In this document: positions 59,289 through 64,000 of the stretch, piece by piece
How positions within the stretch are numbered: position 1 is the stretch's first letter
Layout of the letters: each line of letters begins with the position of its first letter
Source of the DNA: an uncultured delta proteobacterium
Lineage (GTDB): Bacteria > Desulfobacterota > RBG-13-43-22
DNA: 64,000 nucleotides
Assembly (NCBI GenBank): GCA_963746605.1
Contig: CAVVCH010000054.1
Location: 21,366-85,365 of the forward strand
Reading direction: 5' to 3'
Program-made: the position numbers and the translations under genes
Notes under the pieces: generated by a model
The model's database searches: none
What the model saw: only the letters and a program-made list of their open reading frames with translations
Told to the model about the DNA's origin: nothing

Positions 59289-59428
59289 CAGGCGGGCGGG
59301 GATAAACCCCGCCACGATGAGATCCTCCCAGCTTGGGTAAACACGGTGAATAGGCGGGCGGGGATAAACCCCGCCCTACGGCAACACTCGTCCGAGCAAG
59401 GTAGGGGCGGGGTTTATCCCCGCCCGCA
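59289..59428. repeat. REP-like elements (GGCGGGCGGGGATAAACCCCGCC), two direct and one inverted copy
   Basis: Copies at 59291-59313 and 59353-59375, inverted copy GTAGGGGCGGGGTTTATCCCCGCCCGC at 59401-59427; the same unit recurs at 59926-60008. Confidence 0.7.
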
Positions 59429-59444
59429 GAAGCCCATATAACCA

Positions 59445-59925
59445 TTGAAAAACTTGCAGGAAAGAAAAAGAATTCGACTGTCACGAAGCGCGTATGAGGA
59501 GGGCCAGGCCTTCTCCATTACCATAACCACAGCAGAAAGGTATCCATGGTTTAAAATCCATGGACAACTTGCAGACACGAGCATATCCCTGATCTCTGAC
59601 CCTGTCCCAAGAACGGGAGGCCGTGGTTTTTGCTTGGTGCATTATGCCGGATCATATCCACCTGCTCTTGCAGGACAATAATATCCTTGATCTGGTCCGT
59701 TTGCTCAAAGGAAGGCTTACCCCTGAAGCCCGTGGACTGGAACCTGGACGAGCCTTGTGGCAACGCAGCTTTTATGATCACGCCTTACGAAAAGAGGAAG
59801 CACTAGAGGATGTTGCCCGTTACATTTGGGAGAATCCGGTCCGCGCCGGAATAGTTGGTCGAGCTTCGGCCTATCCCTGGTCTGGTTCTCTGGTTTGGCC
59901 CGATTGGAAGGAATTCGTCGATTGA
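59445..59925 (+). pseudogene. REP-associated tyrosine transposase (RAYT, IS200-like Y1), frameshifted
   Basis: ORF 59445..59681 (...GQAFSITITTAERYPWF) and ORF 59623..59925 (WCIMPDHIHLLL HuH motif; WQRSFYDH catalytic Tyr region); flanked by REP doublets. Confidence 0.7.
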
Positions 59926-60008
59926 AGGCGGGCGGGGATAAACCCCGCCCCTACATTTCTCAAGACCGGGGTTTCCCGTAGGGGCGGGGTTTATCCCCGC
60001 CCGCCCGA
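59926..60008. repeat. REP-like elements, inverted pair
   Basis: GGCGGGCGGGGATAAACCCCGCCCCTAC ... GTAGGGGCGGGGTTTATCCCCGCCCGCCC. Confidence 0.7.
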
Positions 60009-60060
60009 TAAGATACGTATATTCCACCAAAAAAATAGTTCATTGAATCAAAAAAAATGC

Positions 60061-60087
60061 TTGACATCAACGGCCTAACTGTATAAA
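60061..60087 (+). promoter_or_regulatory. Candidate sigma-70 promoter (TTGACA-15-TATAAA) for the porin gene
   Basis: TTGACA 60061-60066, TATAAA 60082-60087; about 130-nt leader before ATG 60220. Confidence 0.35.
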
Positions 60088-60219
60088 TTTCTAACCTAAT
60101 TTGGGTAAATTTCGTTCAGAGGGGGAGGTGGTCATCGGCCAGAGCTGAAAAGATAAGTAATAACAAGGAGTTTGTTTACTTAAGAGAAAAGATTAACCTT
60201 AACAAGGAGAAAAGAGACA

Positions 60220-61446
60220 ATGAAAAAAACTTTACTTTTCGCATTGGTCTTGGGCTTGGCCGTAATGTTTGCCGTTCCGGCGTTCGCCTTCAAGATCGAG
60301 AGCGGCAAAGACACGAGCTTTTATTTTGGTGCCCTGGCCTATACGGACCTCGGTGCTTGGAATCGTAGCAAGGAATTAGCCCCGGGCGGCAAAAGCGACA
60401 GAACCGAGCTCGTGTTAGACGTTCCCCGCCATTCCCGTGTCCGAGGAAACCTGGACGTCGGCAATGTGGGCGCCTATTTTGAAGTCCGTTTGGGTGGCGA
60501 CCAGCAACTAGTCCAACGCCGGTAATGCCGCTTTCTCCAGCTCCGGTTACTATTTTGTTGAAAGCGCTAAACTCTATGGGTATTTCAAGTTTGGGAATTG
60601 CACCTTACTGGCCGGCAAGACCGACGGTCATTTTTATTCCGTGGCCCCTTATCAGAACTTAGGGTTCGATAACAATAACCACATCGCCGGTTTCGGCTGG
60701 GGCAACGTGTACGATCAACGGAACGCCCAGGTTCGTTTCTCCTCGGATCCTTCCAAGGCCTTCGGATACGACATTTCCCTGGTCCAGCCCCAGTACTATC
60801 AGGATAATGGCCTCGGACAAGTAGCTACTGGTGGCCAACCAATCCCTGGGCACCTTCCCCCTTACCGCTCTTAAATTGCGGATGAACTTCGGCATGGTTT
60901 CCCTGATGCCGGCCGGCTACGTCCAATACATCAAATGGAATGATTTACAGCAGCTCCCTAACGGCTCCCAGCCCGATGACAACATGACCTCTTGGGCCGT
61001 GGTGTTGCCGGTCGTGGTTAAGGCCGGGGCCTTTACGGGTACTTTCCAGGGTCTCTACGGAATAAACATCGGTTCCGCTCGTTTCTCCGGTTGGCGGCCC
61101 GTTGGCCTTGCAGAGCACCTTTCATGGGTATCGGAGAGATGTTAACGGGGCCGTTAAAAATACCACAGGCTACAACGGGTTTGCCGACTTGGCCTTCACC
61201 GCCGGGGCGGTTACGCCTCACTTCTATATCGGCTGTGACAGGGCCCAGAACGACGACGTCTATGTGGGCGACAAGTACAATGTCCGCATGATGTACGGTG
61301 CGGCCGTCAACTGGAAGATCGCGGATAGCTTCTACATCGTTCCGGAATTCACCTATTACGATTACGGGAAGAACCCGCTCGCTCCCAACAACCCCGATCT
61401 GGGCAAGGAATGGTTGGGCGGCGTGCAGTTCCAGTTTGTATTCTAA
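60220..61446 (+). pseudogene. Outer-membrane beta-barrel porin split into four ORFs by three frameshifts
   Basis: Signal peptide MKKTLLFALVLGLAVMFAVPAFA; successive ORFs 60220.., 60641.., 60831.., 61102.. end with ...GGVQFQFVF (C-terminal Phe typical of OM barrels). Confidence 0.6.
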
Positions 61447-61533
61447 CCTGACTCTAAACGGAAACCCGGGGGAGGAGAGGCTTTACGGCCCTTCCTCCTC
61501 CCTGAAAACCAAATTTAAAAACTATGAGGTGAT

Positions 61534-61926
61534 ATGATGCACGGAATCAAAAAGCAAACGCTGTTACCGGCTGTATTGTTGGTGGTATTCCTCCTGATTC
61601 CCCTGGTGGTCAATGCCGACACGATCAAGGGAAAGCTGGAGGGTATTACTTGTCTCCTGAAAGGGTACATCTGCCCGTTGGATAAAGCCGATCCGATGAT
61701 CAACCTGGAAAAAGATTTTGTGGTGGTCACGGCCGACGGGAAATACTATTACCTGTCGAATCTCGGCCTCGGCCTCAAAGCCCGGCATGCCCTGGAAGTA
61801 GTCGAGGCAACCGGAAAGATTAACGAGAAATACAAAAGCATGAAGGTTGAAACCCTCAGCGTGGGCGGCAAGGTTGTTTGGAGCCAAAAGGCTCAAGATG
61901 AAATGATGAAGGAGATCCAGCCCTAA
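61534..61926 (+). CDS. Hypothetical secreted protein (130 aa)
   Basis: Signal peptide-like N-terminus ...LLPAVLLVVFLLIPLVVNA; no recognised domain. Confidence 0.55.
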   Translation: MMHGIKKQTLLPAVLLVVFLLIPLVVNADTIKGKLEGITCLLKGYICPLDKADPMINLEKDFVVVTADGKYYYLSNLGLGLKARHALEVVEATGKINEKYKSMKVETLSVGGKVVWSQKAQDEMMKEIQP

Positions 61927-62014
61927 TTGATCCAAAGACCAATTAACCCTCAAAGGCGGCGGCTCACCCCGCCGCCTTTTTTTCTTCTTTTTTCCTTCCT
62001 ATCGGGGAGGTTTC

Positions 62015-63067
62015 ATGAACCGTTTGATAAGCCGACGGACCTTTATCCAGGGCCTGGCTGTCTTTAGCGTCGGTTGGAGCGTCAGGAGCTGGTCGGCGCC
62101 GCTGAACACCACTCCTTTTTCCTCTTCCCTTTTTCAAACCACCGAGACCAGGAATCTGATGGGTACTTTTGTCACTGTTACCCTCCTCCATCCTTCCCGC
62201 GATCAGGCCCAGGACGTCCTCGGCGCCGCCTTTCAGCGCCTGGAGGCCCTGATCCCCTTGTTTGACCGGCATAATCCCGTCTCGGCTTTGAGCGTTTTGA
62301 ACGAGAGGGGCGTCCTGCCCGGACCGCCGCCCGAACTGGTCAATCTGCTGGACCGATCCCGGATCATCCATTCCGGGACTCGAGGTCTCTTCGATGTAAC
62401 CATCAAGCCCGTATTGGACCTTTATGAAGCTGAAAAGGAAAGGAGCCGCCTGCCCTCGGCTTCGTCCATCCGGGAGGCCCTGACCCGGGTAGGGACTTCA
62501 CTCCTGGAGATCAGTCCTCAAAAAATCGCTTTCCCCAGGGAGGGCATGGGGATCACCCTCGATGGGATCGCCAAAGGGACCCTGGTCGACGAAACCATCG
62601 CCTTTATCCGCCAGGCAGGGATTCGACATGCCCTGGTCGATGCCGGCGGGGACCTGAGGGTCATGGGAGGACGGGGCCCCGGTTCACCCTGGCGTATCGC
62701 GGTCCATAACCCTTTAGCCGGGAAAAAATCTCAAGAGACCGTTTTAATCCGGGAGGGGGCGATCGCCACCTCGGGAAATTATATGGTCTATTTTGATCAG
62801 GAAAAGATCCATCATCATATACTATCGCCTGAAAACGGATATTCCCCGGCCGGGGCGGTCAGCGCCACCGTCATATCTCCCGACGCGGAAACGGCCGATG
62901 CCCTGGCCAAGCCGCTCATGCTCTTCAGCCCGGCCGAAGGCCGGTCTTTTATCGAAGGGCGGGGACGCCTGGCAGCCATGCTCCTGACCGGGGAAGGGGA
63001 AAAAATCTATTCCGGCGGATGGCCGCGAAAACACCAAACGAAGGAAGGAAATACCAGCCATGTCTAA
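62015..63067 (+). CDS. apbE: FAD:protein FMN transferase (ApbE family), Tat-type signal
   Basis: 350 aa; SRRTFIQGLA twin-arginine region, ITLDGIAKG and ATSGNY ApbE motifs. Confidence 0.85.
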   Translation: MNRLISRRTFIQGLAVFSVGWSVRSWSAPLNTTPFSSSLFQTTETRNLMGTFVTVTLLHPSRDQAQDVLGAAFQRLEALIPLFDRHNPVSALSVLNERGVLPGPPPELVNLLDRSRIIHSGTRGLFDVTIKPVLDLYEAEKERSRLPSASSIREALTRVGTSLLEISPQKIAFPREGMGITLDGIAKGTLVDETIAFIRQAGIRHALVDAGGDLRVMGGRGPGSPWRIAVHNPLAGKKSQETVLIREGAIATSGNYMVYFDQEKIHHHILSPENGYSPAGAVSATVISPDAETADALAKPLMLFSPAEGRSFIEGRGRLAAMLLTGEGEKIYSGGWPRKHQTKEGNTSHV

Positions 63068-63687
63068 AAAATCCGTTCTAACGCCGGTCCTGTGGGGACT
63101 GGGGATGATTTTGTTTTTATCCGGATGGTCGACCGATCTCCGGGCCCAGGACAAAAAGTGGATCAAGAAGGGGGATGCCTTTCCGGAAGTGGCCCTGAAA
63201 ACCCCGTCCCAGGCCAAGGATAAGGCTTACCTGGGAATTTCCGGCGGCGACAACTTTCACGGTCAAAGACCTGAAGGCCGAAGTCATTTTAGTGGAGATA
63301 TTTGACGTCTATTGCCTGCCCTGCCAGAAACAGGTGCCCCTGTACAAACAATTGTTTGGCATGATTCAGGCGAATCCGGCCGTCCGGGATCAAATCAAAA
63401 TGATCGCTATCGCCACCGGGAACGACGAGGGAGAGATCAAAAAGTTTCAGGATCATTACCAAGTGCCCTATCCCATTATCTCCGATCCCAAATTCGTCCT
63501 CCATGAGGCGGTGGGAGGCCCCCCGGCCCCCTTTTCCATTATTGTGCGAAAAGAGCCCGGAGGAAAAACCGCCCTGGTGGCCGACACGCATTTGGGCTTT
63601 AACAATGATATGCAGGGGCTGTTCAAGCAACTACAATCTCTGGTGCGGTCGGCGCCGCCGTCACCGACCTCTCAGCCCAAGAAGTAG
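63060..63687 (+). CDS. Thioredoxin-like (TlpA/redoxin) protein, frameshift near 63290
   Basis: ORF 63060..63305 gives the signal peptide and N-terminus; ORF 63292..63687 has the CLPC active site (CxxC) and redoxin fold. Confidence 0.65.
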
Positions 63688-63743
63688 ATGCCTTAACTTG
63701 AAGAAGGCAAGGATCTCGTATCCCGTGCCTAAAGACGAGACCC

Positions 63744-64000
63744 TTCGTTTCACTCAGGGTGACAGGCAGCCGAAGGACTCCTTTTCTTGTCATTCTGAAG
63801 GAGCGGAGCGACGGAAGAATCCCCCAAGCCGGCTTGGATGACCCCTCGCAGAGTTTTTCGTAGGGGAGGGGTTAATCCCCTCCCGATCTTGGGAATCTGG
63901 GGTTTAGTGGGTGCGGGAGGGGATTAACCCCTCCCCTTCAGCTGGAGTCACGCCTGGGCGTAACGACTGAAGAGGGTAGGCCCTGAGCCGAAAACCGAGA
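63744..64000. repeat. Composite of family A and family B repeats running to the window end
   Basis: CTCAGGGTGACAG, GTCATTCTGAAGGAGCGGAGCGACGGAAGAATC, GTAGGGGAGGGGTTAATCCCCTCCC, GGGAGGGGATTAACCCCTCCCC, CCCTGAGCCGAAAACCGAGA. Confidence 0.65.

Overview
GC-rich (~58-60%) chromosomal segment with about 55 protein-coding genes; the gene content (acyl-CoA and acetoacetyl-CoA ligases, TPP enzymes, sigma-54 regulator, Mo-oxidoreductase, radical SAM/SPASM enzymes) suggests an anaerobic deltaproteobacterium-like organism, but that is inference only. All calls rest on reading the six-frame ORF track and on remembered family motifs; no database search, GC calculation or RNA folding was run. Housekeeping content: SDRs, acyl-CoA dehydrogenase, three AMP-dependent CoA ligases, two TPP enzymes, NadE, MetF, GlgX-Fba-Glk, glycerol kinase, alkaline phosphatase, ABC-F ATPase, MFS and EamA transporters, ApbE. 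Accessory content is dense: seven type II toxin-antitoxin modules, two copies of a Y1-HuH transposase-like gene bracketing an apparently AT-richer cargo segment, a REP-flanked RAYT, and at least five families of intergenic palindromic repeats. The most interesting loci are two paralogous radical SAM/SPASM genes, each preceded by a short ORF with a strong Shine-Dalgarno site and in-frame TGA codons, and a ~0.9 kb ORF-free segment at 16.6-17.5 kb. Around 17 genes are broken by frameshifts, mostly at homopolymer runs, so assembly indels are likely and every pseudogene or recoding call is provisional. No rRNA, tRNA or CRISPR array was recognised.
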